The notes under the pieces are model-generated. The model made no database searches. It was given only the letters and a program-made list of their open reading frames with translations, and was not told the DNA's origin. From contig CAWHBU010000004.1 in the NCBI GenBank assembly GCA_963827685.1, forward strand, positions 800,001 through 864,000: DNA of 64,000 nt, written 5' to 3'. The position numbers and the translations under genes were made by a program. Within the stretch, counting starts at the first letter, position 1. The number at the start of each line of letters is the position of its first letter. The DNA comes from an uncultured delta proteobacterium. Lineage in GTDB: Bacteria > Desulfobacterota > BSN033 > UBA1163. Below are positions 16,549-26,608 of this stretch, one piece after another.

Positions 16549-17739
16549 ATGAAAAAAATTCACTACGGCTGGGTGATTGTTGGGGTGGGAGTCCTCGTAA
16601 AGATGACAGGCTTGGGGTTTGGCCGGTTTGCCTATCCCATGCTCCTGCCGAATATGAGACGGTCGCTTGGATTTAACTATAGCGAGATGGGGCTTTTGAG
16701 TGGAGCCATGATGCTGGGATACCTTCTCTTCTCTCTTATCGGTGGAATGTTGGCAACACGATTTGGTCCCAAAAGGATTGTGGTCGCCTCCCTCCTGTGT
16801 GGAGCACTTTCTATGTTCTTCATCAGTAACTTATCGGGCTTCTCTTCTCTTCTTTTTTTCAGCTTTGCCATGGGAGCGGGCGGTGCAGGTTCTCACATTT
16901 CCATAACCACTCTACCCATGGCATGGTTTGGGGAGCGGAGGTTGGGCAGGGCCCTTGGCGTTGTGACAGGTGGAACAGGCCTTGGTATTGTAATCACAGG
17001 CCTCTTGCTTCCCTATCTCCTGTACAGCTTGGGGAAAGAGGCGTGGAGACAGTGCTGGTTCCTTCTGGCCTTGATCACCTTTTCGGTTGCAGTGGTCGGA
17101 GCGATATTTTTAAGAGAAAAACCGAGTCAGGCGACATTCCCTCCTTCCGGTCCTGCTGGATACAAAGAATCCATTCCCTCTGCTGGAAAAAGAAAAGGAC
17201 TCAACCTCAAGGCAATTTTTATCATCTATTTCATCTTCGGATTTGCCTATAACATCTATGCGACTTACTTTGTCGCTTATATGGTAGAGGAGATTCGACT
17301 TACAGAGAAAACGGCAGGGGATATTTGGGCCATTTTTGGCTGGATGTGTGCGGGGAGTGGATTGATCTGGGGATTCCTTTCGGACCGCTTGGGCAGACGA
17401 AAGGCGTTGCTCTGGAACAACGCGATCATCTCTCTTTCGGTTCTCCTTCCCCTTCTTTTTTATCAGCCTTTCTTCATGGGTTTTTCTGCCCTTCTTTTTG
17501 GAGGGACTTTCTTAGGAACGGTCACCATCATTGCAGCGGCGATTGGAGATCAGGTAAGTGAAAAAAGGAGTTTCGTTTATGGTTTGGTCACCCTGATCCA
17601 CGGCACCGGACAGTTCTTGGGAACGACCTCCGGTGGGTACTTAAAAGATTTGACGGGCACCTTTCAGCTAACCCTTATCGTTTCCCTGACCGGCTTTCTC
17701 CTCTGCATACTCCTGACCGCGCTCAAGAAAGAAGGGTGA
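16549..17739 (+). CDS. MFS transporter (YbfB/YjiJ-like)
   Basis: About 12 hydrophobic helices; GFGRFAY..LLP.M and GFLSDRLGRR. Likely start ATG 16549. Confidence 0.88.
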   Translation: MKKIHYGWVIVGVGVLVKMTGLGFGRFAYPMLLPNMRRSLGFNYSEMGLLSGAMMLGYLLFSLIGGMLATRFGPKRIVVASLLCGALSMFFISNLSGFSSLLFFSFAMGAGGAGSHISITTLPMAWFGERRLGRALGVVTGGTGLGIVITGLLLPYLLYSLGKEAWRQCWFLLALITFSVAVVGAIFLREKPSQATFPPSGPAGYKESIPSAGKRKGLNLKAIFIIYFIFGFAYNIYATYFVAYMVEEIRLTEKTAGDIWAIFGWMCAGSGLIWGFLSDRLGRRKALLWNNAIISLSVLLPLLFYQPFFMGFSALLFGGTFLGTVTIIAAAIGDQVSEKRSFVYGLVTLIHGTGQFLGTTSGGYLKDLTGTFQLTLIVSLTGFLLCILLTALKKEG

Positions 17740-17761
17740 GGAAATCTCTCCCACCCTTTTT
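17732..17761 (+). terminator. Probable intrinsic terminator
   Basis: AAGGGTG...CACCCTT stem followed by a T run, overlapping the MFS stop. Confidence 0.45.
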
Positions 17762-17805
17762 AGAATAACTCAATAACTTATTGACTCAATAACTCGCTAG
17801 CCCCT

Positions 17806-18417
17806 TTACAGGGTTTCATAAAACGATTTTTTCAAAAACTTAAAGGATGCAACAAATTTATCGAAGATCTCAAAAGCGGATAGATCGTAAGGCCCATCCA
17901 TGGGTCTCCATTGGGTAATATAAAAACCTACAATCCGGCCACCCCGTTTACCGAAGATGACTTGAGCTCTGACCTTCTCTTTTTTCACTGGGTCCTTTCC
18001 CTCCACCAGCACTGCCAGTCCTTCTCCACCAACGACCTGTACTTTTTTTCTCTCCAAAATTTGGAACTGGAGGATGGCGTTGAAAAGGAATCGCTTGAAA
18101 AACTCCCTTTCCCTCCCCTCGAACGATGCGGCTGTACAGCCGAAAGGCTCCTCATCATAAGCAAACGTGGTTAAAGAGGGGAATGATCCAGGGTCTGATC
18201 TCATAAATCCAAAATTGATATCATTCTCTCCTGCTTCTACCCTTAGTAATTTCCAATCCGGGGGAGGGGGCAGGAACTCAAACTCATCTTCCCAAATGAC
18301 CATTCCCTGTGGAGTCAATCTGTAAGGAACCTTCTTAGAGTTTTCCATTGTGGCACATCCGGAAAACCAAGCCACTACCAACACTGAGCATAGAATCGTC
18401 AACAACTTTCCTTTCAT
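17806..18417 (-). CDS. Hypothetical lipoprotein
   Basis: Signal peptide with lipobox FSGC; ATGA-coupled to the upstream peroxiredoxin. Confidence 0.75.
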   Translation of the reverse strand: MKGKLLTILCSVLVVAWFSGCATMENSKKVPYRLTPQGMVIWEDEFEFLPPPPDWKLLRVEAGENDINFGFMRSDPGSFPSLTTFAYDEEPFGCTAASFEGREREFFKRFLFNAILQFQILERKKVQVVGGEGLAVLVEGKDPVKKEKVRAQVIFGKRGGRIVGFYITQWRPMDGPYDLSAFEIFDKFVASFKFLKKSFYETL

Positions 18418-18968
18418 GGCTTTCCTCCTTCCTGGTTCAATGCTTTGAGAAAGAGGAGAATATCCTTGAAGTCAGGTGAACCATCCCTGACATAACGGAT
18501 GATTCCAGTTTTATCGATAATCACCGTTCGCCTTCCAAAGATGGGCTTTGCTTCAGGCGAAGCATCGAAATAGAAACCTAAAAAAGAAGTGATGTTCGAA
18601 AGGAGGGGGAAGGTTATACCTAAACTATTCCCCCAATATTTTAACGTTGTGACATCATCCCGGCTGACGCCCACGACCCGGGCGTTGAAGCGGTCATAGA
18701 GGGAAAGGTTCCTCTGATGACCCTCCATTTCGCCCGTTCAGACAGGGGTGAAGGCGGCTGGAAAGAACGTGATGATCAGATGGTACTTTCCATAGTACTC
18801 GTCGGCATAATTAATCAACCGGTCCTGCGTGGATGGCAGGGTAAAATTGAGTGTCTCTCGACCGATTAACTCTATTCTTTTTGCAGCTTCCACATGGGAG
18901 AGAGGAAGAAGGAATAACAAAAGTAAAGGCAGGGGAATCCATTTGTGGTAAAGAATCTTTCTCCTCAT
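18414..18968 (-). CDS. Selenocysteine-containing peroxiredoxin-like protein (AhpC/TSA), exported; joins ORFs 18738-18968 and 18414-18728
   Basis: FFPAAFTPV-TGA-TGEMEG is in frame; UGA (18738-18740) sits at the peroxidatic PxxxTxxC position; hairpin downstream. Confidence 0.88.
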
Positions 18969-19069
18969 GATAACCTCCTTTCTATCATTAATTAATGATT
19001 AAAGAATTTTACCTCATTTTGTTAGCTTTTGCAATTCAGCTTAATGAGCTTAATGAGTGCAGATTTCTC

Positions 19070-20500
19070 TCACGGCTGAAGGACAAGAGGTAATGTGCGC
19101 GAGATGACGGAGAATAGGGGTGAGGGCATGACCCCTAACCACAGAATCATGATGAATATCAGCCCGCCTGCAATACGATCGGAAAGAGCCGTGTCAGAGA
19201 TTGTGACTTTTCTTTCTTCGGGTCGCATGTAAAGGCAGACAATGACTTTTAGGTAAAAATAGATGGATAGAACGACGGTTATTATTCCGATGACTGCCAG
19301 CACGATGAAATCGGCCTGGAGGGTGGCCTGGAACAGGGCAAACTTTCCAATGAAACCTGCTGTTGGAGGAAGGCCGGCTAAGGAGAAAAGACAAATGGTA
19401 AGGAAAGCAGACTGCCACGGATGCGAATAACCAAGACTCCTATAGTCCTCGATCGTATCTAAATCATCCCTTTTTTCTGAAAATATGGCTAATGCACCAA
19501 AGGCGCCTAAGTCCATCAACGCATAGACGGTCAAGTAGAACATCACGGCCGAAGCCCCGTTTTGTTTTACTGCCAATAAAGTCATCAACAAATAACCCAT
19601 CTGGGCAATGGAAGAGTAGGCTAACAAACGTTTTATCCGGGTCTGTGTCAAAGCAGCAATATTTCCGGCAACCATCGTCAGAGCAGACAACACCCACAAC
19701 ACAGGTGTTAAATAAGGCCAGACCACATCCCCGGAGGCAAAAGCAAAGCGCAACAGTGCAGCGAATAAGGCTACCTTTGAACCTGCTGTCAAAAAGGCAG
19801 TGACAGGTGTTGGAGCTCCTTGGTAAACATCCGGTGTCCACAAATGAAAGGGGACCAGAGAGATCTTAAAACCGATGCCGACCAGAATGAGACTTATACC
19901 GAGTAATATCACCGGTGTGTTGGCGCTAGGAATATTGACTGACAAGCTTTGGGCAATATCCAGTTTGCCGGTGGCCGCATAGAGCATGGCAATGCCAAAG
20001 ATGAGAAAAGCACTTGCCACCACGCCCATGACAAAGTATTTTATCCCGGCTTCATTTGACTGCGGATCATCTTTCCGGATAGCGATGAGGACGTACAGGG
20101 AAATTGACAAGATTTCAAGCCCCAGAAAGAAGGTTAGCCAATGGAGAGCCGAGGCGACGAACGTCATCCCCAGGGCGGCAAAGAGAACGAGCCCGAAAAA
20201 CTCGTCTCCTGCGAAGCCCCGATTTTTCGCATACGGATATGAGAAGAGGAGTGTCATCCCGGTGATGGCTAAGATAAGAAAGGTGAAGAATCGGCCATAG
20301 CCGCTCGCTTCGAACATGCCTGCAAGCTGGGGTTCCTCGGGCCCCGTCAGGAGAGCGACTGCGCCGGCTGTCAAAACGAAGATCAGCGCCATACCAAAGA
20401 GAAATCCAGGCGGTCGGTGTCGCCAAAAACCACCGACACAGAAAATGAAAAAGCCCCCTGCGGCAAGGGTGAGTTGGGGGAGAATAGAAAACCAATCCAT
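19070..20500 (-). CDS. nuoN: NADH-quinone oxidoreductase subunit N
   Basis: EAGIKYF, FKISLVPFHLWTPDVYQGAP, KRLLAYSSIAQ. Confidence 0.95.
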   Translation of the reverse strand: MDWFSILPQLTLAAGGFFIFCVGGFWRHRPPGFLFGMALIFVLTAGAVALLTGPEEPQLAGMFEASGYGRFFTFLILAITGMTLLFSYPYAKNRGFAGDEFFGLVLFAALGMTFVASALHWLTFFLGLEILSISLYVLIAIRKDDPQSNEAGIKYFVMGVVASAFLIFGIAMLYAATGKLDIAQSLSVNIPSANTPVILLGISLILVGIGFKISLVPFHLWTPDVYQGAPTPVTAFLTAGSKVALFAALLRFAFASGDVVWPYLTPVLWVLSALTMVAGNIAALTQTRIKRLLAYSSIAQMGYLLMTLLAVKQNGASAVMFYLTVYALMDLGAFGALAIFSEKRDDLDTIEDYRSLGYSHPWQSAFLTICLFSLAGLPPTAGFIGKFALFQATLQADFIVLAVIGIITVVLSIYFYLKVIVCLYMRPEERKVTISDTALSDRIAGGLIFIMILWLGVMPSPLFSVISRTLPLVLQP

Positions 20501-20519
20501 AGATCTGATCCTTCCTCGC

Positions 20520-20564
20520 ACCCTTCCCTCCCCCTCAAGGGGGGAGCGTGAGGCCGGGGGTCAC
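20520..20564. repeat. REP-like palindrome (CCCTCCCCC..GGGGGAG family)
   Basis: cccttccctccccctcaaggggggagcgtgagg; related to 26493-26589 and 54352-54386. Confidence 0.55.
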
Positions 20565-20579
20565 TTTAGTTCACTAGTT

Positions 20580-22049
20580 TCACTTCAATAGTTCCAATAA
20601 TCCCTGGACCGGCTCCTGGATAAGATCCAAAACCGGTCCTGGATACAAACCAATAAAGAGCACGGCGATCGCCAGGGTTACCAAAATCACCGTTTCCCGA
20701 GTTGTCACATCCCAGAAGGTGTGCTCTTTCCTTGTTTCACCGAAAAGCGTGGATTGGACTACCCAGAGAATGTAGATGACAGTAAAAAGGAGACCGGCGA
20801 ACCCGATCACCGAAACCGCTGTGTTTTCCCGGAAGGTACCGATCAGGATGAGGATCTCGCCCACGAAATTGTTGAGCCCCGGGAAACCCATAGAGGCAAT
20901 AGCAAAGAACAAGAAAAAGGCACTGAAGACAGGCATTTTTTTCCAGAGCCCGCCGAGATCGGATAAGTCCCTGGAGTGGGTCCGTTCATCTAACATCCCC
21001 ACAAGAATAAAGAGTGCCGAGGTGGTCAGCCCGTGGTTGACCAGTTGCAACACGGCACCCGAAAGGGTCAGGATGTTCCAGACCGCAATTCCGATCACCA
21101 CGAGGCCCATATGAGCAATGCTTGAGTAAGCCACCAAGCGTTTGATATCCTTTTGCGCCAAAGCAATCCAGGCTGCATAGAATAAGCCAGCCAATCCCAG
21201 CCCGAGCAGGAGAGGGACAGAGAGCTTAGCTGCCGTGGGGAAAAGTGGAAAGGCAAACCGCAATAGTGCATACGCACCCGTCTTCAGGAGTAAGCCAGCC
21301 AGAATAACACTCCCTGCCGTAGGTGCTTCTGTATGGGCATCGGGCAGCCAGGTATGGACAGGAATGATAGGGACCTTGATTGCAAAAGCTAACAGGAACG
21401 CGGCGTAGAGCAATATTTCAGCAGACCATGAGAGAGGCGTATGGATCAATTGAGTGAAGGAGAAGGTGTAAGTCCCGGTCTGACTGCCATGGATGAGGTA
21501 GAGGCTGATCAATGCGATCAACATCAGCAGGCTGCCGGTCATGGTGAAAATGACAAATTTGAAGGTGGCATAAATTCGTCTTTCATGACCCCATATCCCG
21601 ATGAGGAAAAACATGGGGAAGAGTTGGACTTCCCAAAACAGGTAGAACAAGAAGAGATCTGTGGAGAGAAAGACACCCAGGATTCCGGTCTGCATGATGA
21701 GTAAGAAGAAGTGGAATGCTCCCACACGGTTTTCAATTTGCCTCCACGATAGGAGCACACAGAGGATGCCGAGAAATGCCGTGAGCAGGATAAGCATCAA
21801 GCTGATGCCATCCAGGCCAAGGCTATACCGTATGCCAAAGCGTTCTATCCAGGGAAAATCCTCTACCAATAACCATCTGACTCCGGTCGCGGATTGCGCC
21901 TTGAGATCCATGGTCAAGAGGGAAAGGATCAGGAAAAAATCTGCGAGGGTAATGGCGAAGCTGGTCCATCGGCACAGTTTCGCATGACGCCAGGAGAGAA
22001 GCACCAGCAGGCTGCCGAAAAAGGGAAGAAATACAATTAAAGAAAGCAT
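20580..22049 (-). CDS. nuoM: NADH-quinone oxidoreductase subunit M
   Basis: GLDGIS, FYLFWE, HTWLPDAHTEAPTAGS. Confidence 0.95.
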   Translation of the reverse strand: MLSLIVFLPFFGSLLVLLSWRHAKLCRWTSFAITLADFFLILSLLTMDLKAQSATGVRWLLVEDFPWIERFGIRYSLGLDGISLMLILLTAFLGILCVLLSWRQIENRVGAFHFFLLIMQTGILGVFLSTDLFLFYLFWEVQLFPMFFLIGIWGHERRIYATFKFVIFTMTGSLLMLIALISLYLIHGSQTGTYTFSFTQLIHTPLSWSAEILLYAAFLLAFAIKVPIIPVHTWLPDAHTEAPTAGSVILAGLLLKTGAYALLRFAFPLFPTAAKLSVPLLLGLGLAGLFYAAWIALAQKDIKRLVAYSSIAHMGLVVIGIAVWNILTLSGAVLQLVNHGLTTSALFILVGMLDERTHSRDLSDLGGLWKKMPVFSAFFLFFAIASMGFPGLNNFVGEILILIGTFRENTAVSVIGFAGLLFTVIYILWVVQSTLFGETRKEHTFWDVTTRETVILVTLAIAVLFIGLYPGPVLDLIQEPVQGLLELLK

Positions 22050-22059
22050 ACCAATGCCC

Positions 22060-23937
22060 TCACCCAGAAAACCATCCAAAGGCTAAAGCGCAGAGTATCG
22101 CTGTGAACCCCAAGAGGAGCATGACCAGATAAGTCGAGAGCCTCCCTGTCGTCCAATGCTGCAATCCAGTAGAAAAGATCTGGAAGAGATTTCCCGTTTG
22201 ATCCATTCCTTCGTCCACAACCCCTTCGTCAATTTTCAACCATAAGAACGCTGCGATTCGTTGATAAGGCCGGACAACCGCTTTTTGATAGAATCGATCT
22301 AAGTAAAATCCCGACTCAAGGAGCTCATTCAGACCCTTTTGCAATGCTGCCGGCTGGCGGGCATAGAGAAAGTAGGCCCCTATCAGCACGGCGATGGAGA
22401 AAAGCCCGCTCCCAATTTCCATCGTCCACTCTAAGCCAGGAGAAACATTAAGCTGGGGAAGACTTCCAGAGACTGGGGAGAGGTATTGTGCCAGCCATTC
22501 CTTTCCAGACCAGATGACTGGAAGATTCAGAAAACCACTGAACAAAGAGAGAAGAACCAATGGCCACAATGTCCAGACCATTAACTTTGGCACCCGTCGA
22601 ATCTCACGATCTTCCTGGTTTTCGGATGTCCCCAGGAAGACGATGAAAAAAAGGCGAAATATATAAAGGGGTGTTAACAGAGCTGTAACCGCTGCCATGA
22701 ACCATAGGACTTTATAAATCAGTTCCGGGTGTCCGAAGGTCGCTAAAAGAATGCGGTCCTTGCTGAAAAAACCTCCTGTAAAGGGGAGGGCACCCAAGGA
22801 GAGCGATCCGGCCAGAAAGAACCAAAAAACGGTAGGCAGACGATCGCGCAGATGACGCATTCGAAAGATATCATGCTCATCATGGAGGGCCTGAATCACA
22901 CACCCAGCAGCGAGAAAAAGCAAGGCCTTAAAAAAGGCATGCGAAAGCAAGTGGAACATTCCTCCGATGATATCGCCAACCCCGACTCCCAGAAACATAT
23001 AGCTCACCTGGCTGATGGTTGAATAAGCCAATACCCGCTTGATATCCTTTTGGGTCAAAGCCGAGCAGGCTGCATAAAGAGCCGAGACGGCACCGACAAT
23101 GGAGATAGTGAGCATGGTCATCGAGGACAGCCTTACGACCGGAAAGAGCCTCATGAGTAAATAGACGCCTGCGGTGACCATGGTGGCCGCGTGAATTAGA
23201 GCAGAGACGGGCGTAGGCCCTGCCATGGCATCGGGCAGCCAAACTGTCAAAGGAAGTTGGGCAGACTTGCCGACAGCAGCCCAGAGAAGCAAGAGCCCCA
23301 ATGCCGTCGCCATACCCAAGCTCAGGGAGGAGGCCTTCGCATTAATGTGGAAGATAGAAAATTCATTAAAAACAATAAAGAAAAGGCCGATGGCAATCCC
23401 GAAGGCCACGTCTCCGATGCGTGTCAGCACAAAGGCTTTTCGACCTGCTGCTGCATTGACCACATCCCGGTACCAGAAACCGATAAGGGCGTATGAGCAG
23501 AAACCAACACCTTCCCAGCCCAGGTACAAAAAGATCAGGTTGTCTGAGAGGGTGATCACCAGCATGGAGAAGACAAAAAGGTTCATGTAACAAAAGTAAC
23601 GGACATAATCTTCATCCTCCCGCATAAAGCTGACAGAATAGAGATGGATGAGACTGGAAACAAAGGTGACCATCAAGGCCATGATCGCTGCAAGGGGATT
23701 ATAATAAACACTCATGGAAGCCGAAAAATCATTGAGGGCAATCCATCTGAACAGGGTGAGGACATAACTTTTCTGACCTGCCATGGCAAAAGCGACGATC
23801 GCCATCGACAAAGATCCCAAGACACTGCCGCAGGCAATGGTTTCTACCGCCCGTCTCGGCAAACGGCGTCCCACGACCGCTTGGAGAAACGCTCCCAATA
23901 AAGGGAAAAGGATTAGCAGAAGGAGGATCGTTTTCAT
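22060..23937 (-). CDS. nuoL: NADH-quinone oxidoreductase subunit L
   Basis: GWEGVG, GKSAQLPL..WLPDAMAGPTPVSALIHAATMV. Confidence 0.95.
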   Translation of the reverse strand: MKTILLLLILFPLLGAFLQAVVGRRLPRRAVETIACGSVLGSLSMAIVAFAMAGQKSYVLTLFRWIALNDFSASMSVYYNPLAAIMALMVTFVSSLIHLYSVSFMREDEDYVRYFCYMNLFVFSMLVITLSDNLIFLYLGWEGVGFCSYALIGFWYRDVVNAAAGRKAFVLTRIGDVAFGIAIGLFFIVFNEFSIFHINAKASSLSLGMATALGLLLLWAAVGKSAQLPLTVWLPDAMAGPTPVSALIHAATMVTAGVYLLMRLFPVVRLSSMTMLTISIVGAVSALYAACSALTQKDIKRVLAYSTISQVSYMFLGVGVGDIIGGMFHLLSHAFFKALLFLAAGCVIQALHDEHDIFRMRHLRDRLPTVFWFFLAGSLSLGALPFTGGFFSKDRILLATFGHPELIYKVLWFMAAVTALLTPLYIFRLFFIVFLGTSENQEDREIRRVPKLMVWTLWPLVLLSLFSGFLNLPVIWSGKEWLAQYLSPVSGSLPQLNVSPGLEWTMEIGSGLFSIAVLIGAYFLYARQPAALQKGLNELLESGFYLDRFYQKAVVRPYQRIAAFLWLKIDEGVVDEGMDQTGNLFQIFSTGLQHWTTGRLSTYLVMLLLGFTAILCALAFGWFSG

Positions 23938-23938
23938 G

Positions 23939-24244
23939 TCAGTCCTTCATCAGACTGTAGGCATCGGCATTGACAGAACCGGTACGTCGCTGGGAGTAAA
24001 CGATCAATGCCAAGCCCACGGCAACCTCTGAAGCCGCAACTGCCATAATAAATAGGACGAATATTTGTCCGTCCAGAAGCTGCCAGCGAAGCGATGCCCC
24101 AACAAAAGCAAGTCCGGCAGCGTTCAGCATGATTTCCACCCCGATGAGAATCATGATCAGATTGCGGCGTGCGATGGCACAAACGGCTCCCATCAGGAAA
24201 AGAATGACAGCCAATAGGAGCACATGATAGTAAGGAATGATCAT
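23939..24244 (-). CDS. nuoK: NADH-quinone oxidoreductase subunit K
   Basis: RRNLI..LIGVEIMLNA...AASEVAVGLA; ATG 24244 overlaps the nuoJ stop. Confidence 0.95.
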   Translation of the reverse strand: MIIPYYHVLLLAVILFLMGAVCAIARRNLIMILIGVEIMLNAAGLAFVGASLRWQLLDGQIFVLFIMAVAASEVAVGLALIVYSQRRTGSVNADAYSLMKD

Positions 24245-24756
24245 CGCGTCTCCTTCGATTTCTTTTCCCCCCTGCCGAGGTAAAGGGCGCCTACGAGAGC
24301 GATGAGCAGCAGAAAAGAGGCAATTTCTACCGGGAACCAATAATTCTGAAAAAGAAAATGGCCAAACTCTTTAGGGGTTGCCATAGAAATACTTAGGGTC
24401 CTCCGGCTGTCGGGAACTGAAAAGAGGAGGGCTGCCGTGACCATCAGAGAGATTCCACCCAACACGATCGCAGGAAACCACTGCCGCAGCGCAGCCCTTT
24501 TAGTCCTCGCAGAGGGTTCCATCCGGATCATCATAATGATAAAGAGGAACAGGACCACAATCGCACCGGCGTAAATGATGACTTCCAGGACAGCAAGGAA
24601 AGGAGCTCCCAGAAGATAGAAGAGAAGGGCGGTGCCGAGAAAGGAGATGATCAGGTAGATTACGGCATGGACCACATGGCGACGAGTGATGGCGAGCGTT
24701 GTGGCGATCAGGATGACGATTCCTAACAGATAAAAGAAAGCCGCATATAAAGTCAT
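24241..24756 (-). CDS. nuoJ: NADH-quinone oxidoreductase subunit J
   Basis: LGAPFLAVLEVIIYAGAIVVLFLF. Confidence 0.95.
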   Translation of the reverse strand: MTLYAAFFYLLGIVILIATTLAITRRHVVHAVIYLIISFLGTALLFYLLGAPFLAVLEVIIYAGAIVVLFLFIIMMIRMEPSARTKRAALRQWFPAIVLGGISLMVTAALLFSVPDSRRTLSISMATPKEFGHFLFQNYWFPVEIASFLLLIALVGALYLGRGEKKSKETR

Positions 24757-24775
24757 GCCAACACCTCAAACTTAT

Positions 24776-24943
24776 AGTTCGGAGCTCGGAGTCCAGAGTT
24801 CGGAGGCAAAAATTTATTTAATCTGAACCTAAGATTCATGACTATTCACCTTCGTGCGGCATTGAGTCATTGGTTGGACGCCATCCATAATTTGTTAAGT
24901 CTTACCTCCTAACTCCTAACTCCCACCTCCTAACTTATGACTT
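24776..24943. repeat. Inverted 7-mer arrays (AGTTCGG)n ... (AACTCCT)n around a spacer of about 95 nt
   Basis: agttcgg agctcgg agtccag agttcgg ... acctcct aactcct aactccc acctcct, between nuoI and nuoJ. Confidence 0.75.
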
Positions 24944-24944
24944 A

Positions 24945-25472
24945 TCATGGCAAATTGCTCTTGAGATTGACAGGTTTCTCTTCATTGATGTGAGTTCCTT
25001 TATCCCCCACCGTGGTGACTCCGGCGTGGCGATAAAAATTATATTCCTTGTTCTTACCACCGTGGTTGACCAGAAGGTCCTCTTTTTCAGCCACAAGCTT
25101 TAAAACCTCACGCTCACACGTTTCAAAAAAGGGAGTCAATTGGATCGCCAGGGTAGGGCAAGCCTCCTCGCAGAAGCCGCAGTAAATGCAACGCGCAAAG
25201 TTGATTCGGAACCATCGTGGATAACGACGGCCATCCTCACGCTGAGCCGACTGCATGGAGATACAACTGACCGGACAGACCGCGGAGCAGAGATAACAGG
25301 CCACACAACGTTCCTCTCCATCGGGGTCGCGAGTCAGGATGATCCTTGCCCGAGAGCGAGCGGGTAAGGAGCGCTTGTATTCAGGGTATTGTTCCGTAAT
25401 CGGTTTACGCAAAAGATGTTTGAAGGTGATTGAAAAACCGGTGATGAACCCCCTTAACCATTCCTTCAACAT
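24945..25472 (-). CDS. nuoI: NADH-quinone oxidoreductase subunit I
   Basis: Two CxxCxxCxxxCP ferredoxin motifs. Confidence 0.95.
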   Translation of the reverse strand: MLKEWLRGFITGFSITFKHLLRKPITEQYPEYKRSLPARSRARIILTRDPDGEERCVACYLCSAVCPVSCISMQSAQREDGRRYPRWFRINFARCIYCGFCEEACPTLAIQLTPFFETCEREVLKLVAEKEDLLVNHGGKNKEYNFYRHAGVTTVGDKGTHINEEKPVNLKSNLP

Positions 25473-25484
25473 TCTTATCTCCTT

Positions 25485-26489
25485 CTACGACTCGATCATT
25501 AGAATGACTGCGCCGGTGGCCATGATGTTGAGCAGGGCGAGAGGGATGAGTCCTTTCCAGCCCAGGGACATCAGTTGATCATACCTTAAGCGGGGCAATG
25601 TCCCCCGCATCCAGATCATTACGAATACGATCGCAAGAACTTTAAGGACGAACCAAACCAGGGGAGGGAGGAGCGGGCCGCGCCATCCCCCCAAGAAAAA
25701 GGCCGCCACCAAACCGCCAAGAACGATGAGGGTGATGTATTCCCCCAAGAAGAAAAGGCCGAATCGCATGCCACTGTATTCCGTATGATAGCCGGCTACC
25801 AGCTCATTTTCAGCCTCCGGCAGGTCAAAGGGTATCCGTTTAATCTCTGCTACGGCACTGACGAAAAAGATTAGGAAAGAAATCGGTTGAACCAGAATGA
25901 AAGGATAATGGGCCTGTGCATTGACAATGTCAACGAGACTGAAGGACCGGGCCAGCATGACGATGGGAACCAAGGAGAGCCCGAGGCTGAGCTCGTAGCT
26001 GATCATCTGTGCAGCACCCCGAATTCCACCCAACAGGCTATATTTTGAATTAGAAGCCCATCCTCCTAACGCGACGCCATAAACACCGAGGGAAGAAAGG
26101 GCGATGGCGAAAAGCAAACCGACATTTAAATCTGCAATGACCATAGGGATGGATCTGCCCCAGAGTGTGAGACCGTTTGCAAACGGGATGACGGCAAAAA
26201 TCAACATTGCCGTAGTACCCACGGCCGCCGGGGCGAGGAGAAAAATCGTCTTATCCGCTGCCTCAGGTACCGTGTCCTCTTTGGTGATCAGTTTGATGAG
26301 ATCGGCCAATGGCTGGAGCAGTCCGAATCGGCCAGCCCGATTCGGGCCGTAACGGACCTGCAGTCTGCCGAGAAGTTTGCGTTCAACCCAGACTAAGTAG
26401 GCGGCCGCCAGGAGCAAAACAAGGAGTACAACTCCAAGCTTTATGACAAGTAGAATAAATCCTGCGATCCAAGTTTGCATGCTTCTCAT
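25485..26489 (-). CDS. nuoH: NADH-quinone oxidoreductase subunit H
   Basis: ERK....Q.RYGPNR.G..GLLQPLAD..K and PFDLPEAE.EL..GY.TEYSG. Confidence 0.95.
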   Translation of the reverse strand: MRSMQTWIAGFILLVIKLGVVLLVLLLAAAYLVWVERKLLGRLQVRYGPNRAGRFGLLQPLADLIKLITKEDTVPEAADKTIFLLAPAAVGTTAMLIFAVIPFANGLTLWGRSIPMVIADLNVGLLFAIALSSLGVYGVALGGWASNSKYSLLGGIRGAAQMISYELSLGLSLVPIVMLARSFSLVDIVNAQAHYPFILVQPISFLIFFVSAVAEIKRIPFDLPEAENELVAGYHTEYSGMRFGLFFLGEYITLIVLGGLVAAFFLGGWRGPLLPPLVWFVLKVLAIVFVMIWMRGTLPRLRYDQLMSLGWKGLIPLALLNIMATGAVILMIES

Positions 26490-26492
26490 CTT

Positions 26493-26589
26493 CCTCCTCT
26501 CCCCTGACGGGAGAGGGCTGGGGTGAGGGTGCCAGATAACCCATCGTACCCCCTCCCCTCGATCCCCTCCCGCCAGGGGAGGGGATTTT
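26493..26589. repeat. REP-like doublet palindrome between nuoG and nuoH
   Basis: cctctcccctgacgggagaggg...ggggtgagggt and cccctcccctc...cccctcccgccaggggagggga. Confidence 0.7.
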
Positions 26590-26608
26590 TTGAGGTGACA
26601 CCAGAAAC

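Noticed and set aside
17763-19060. Repeat arms at 17763-17800 and 19036-19058 as ends of a cassette carrying the Sec peroxiredoxin and lipoprotein
   Set aside because: Unit lengths differ (8 versus 9) and the arms are too short to show they are a pair.
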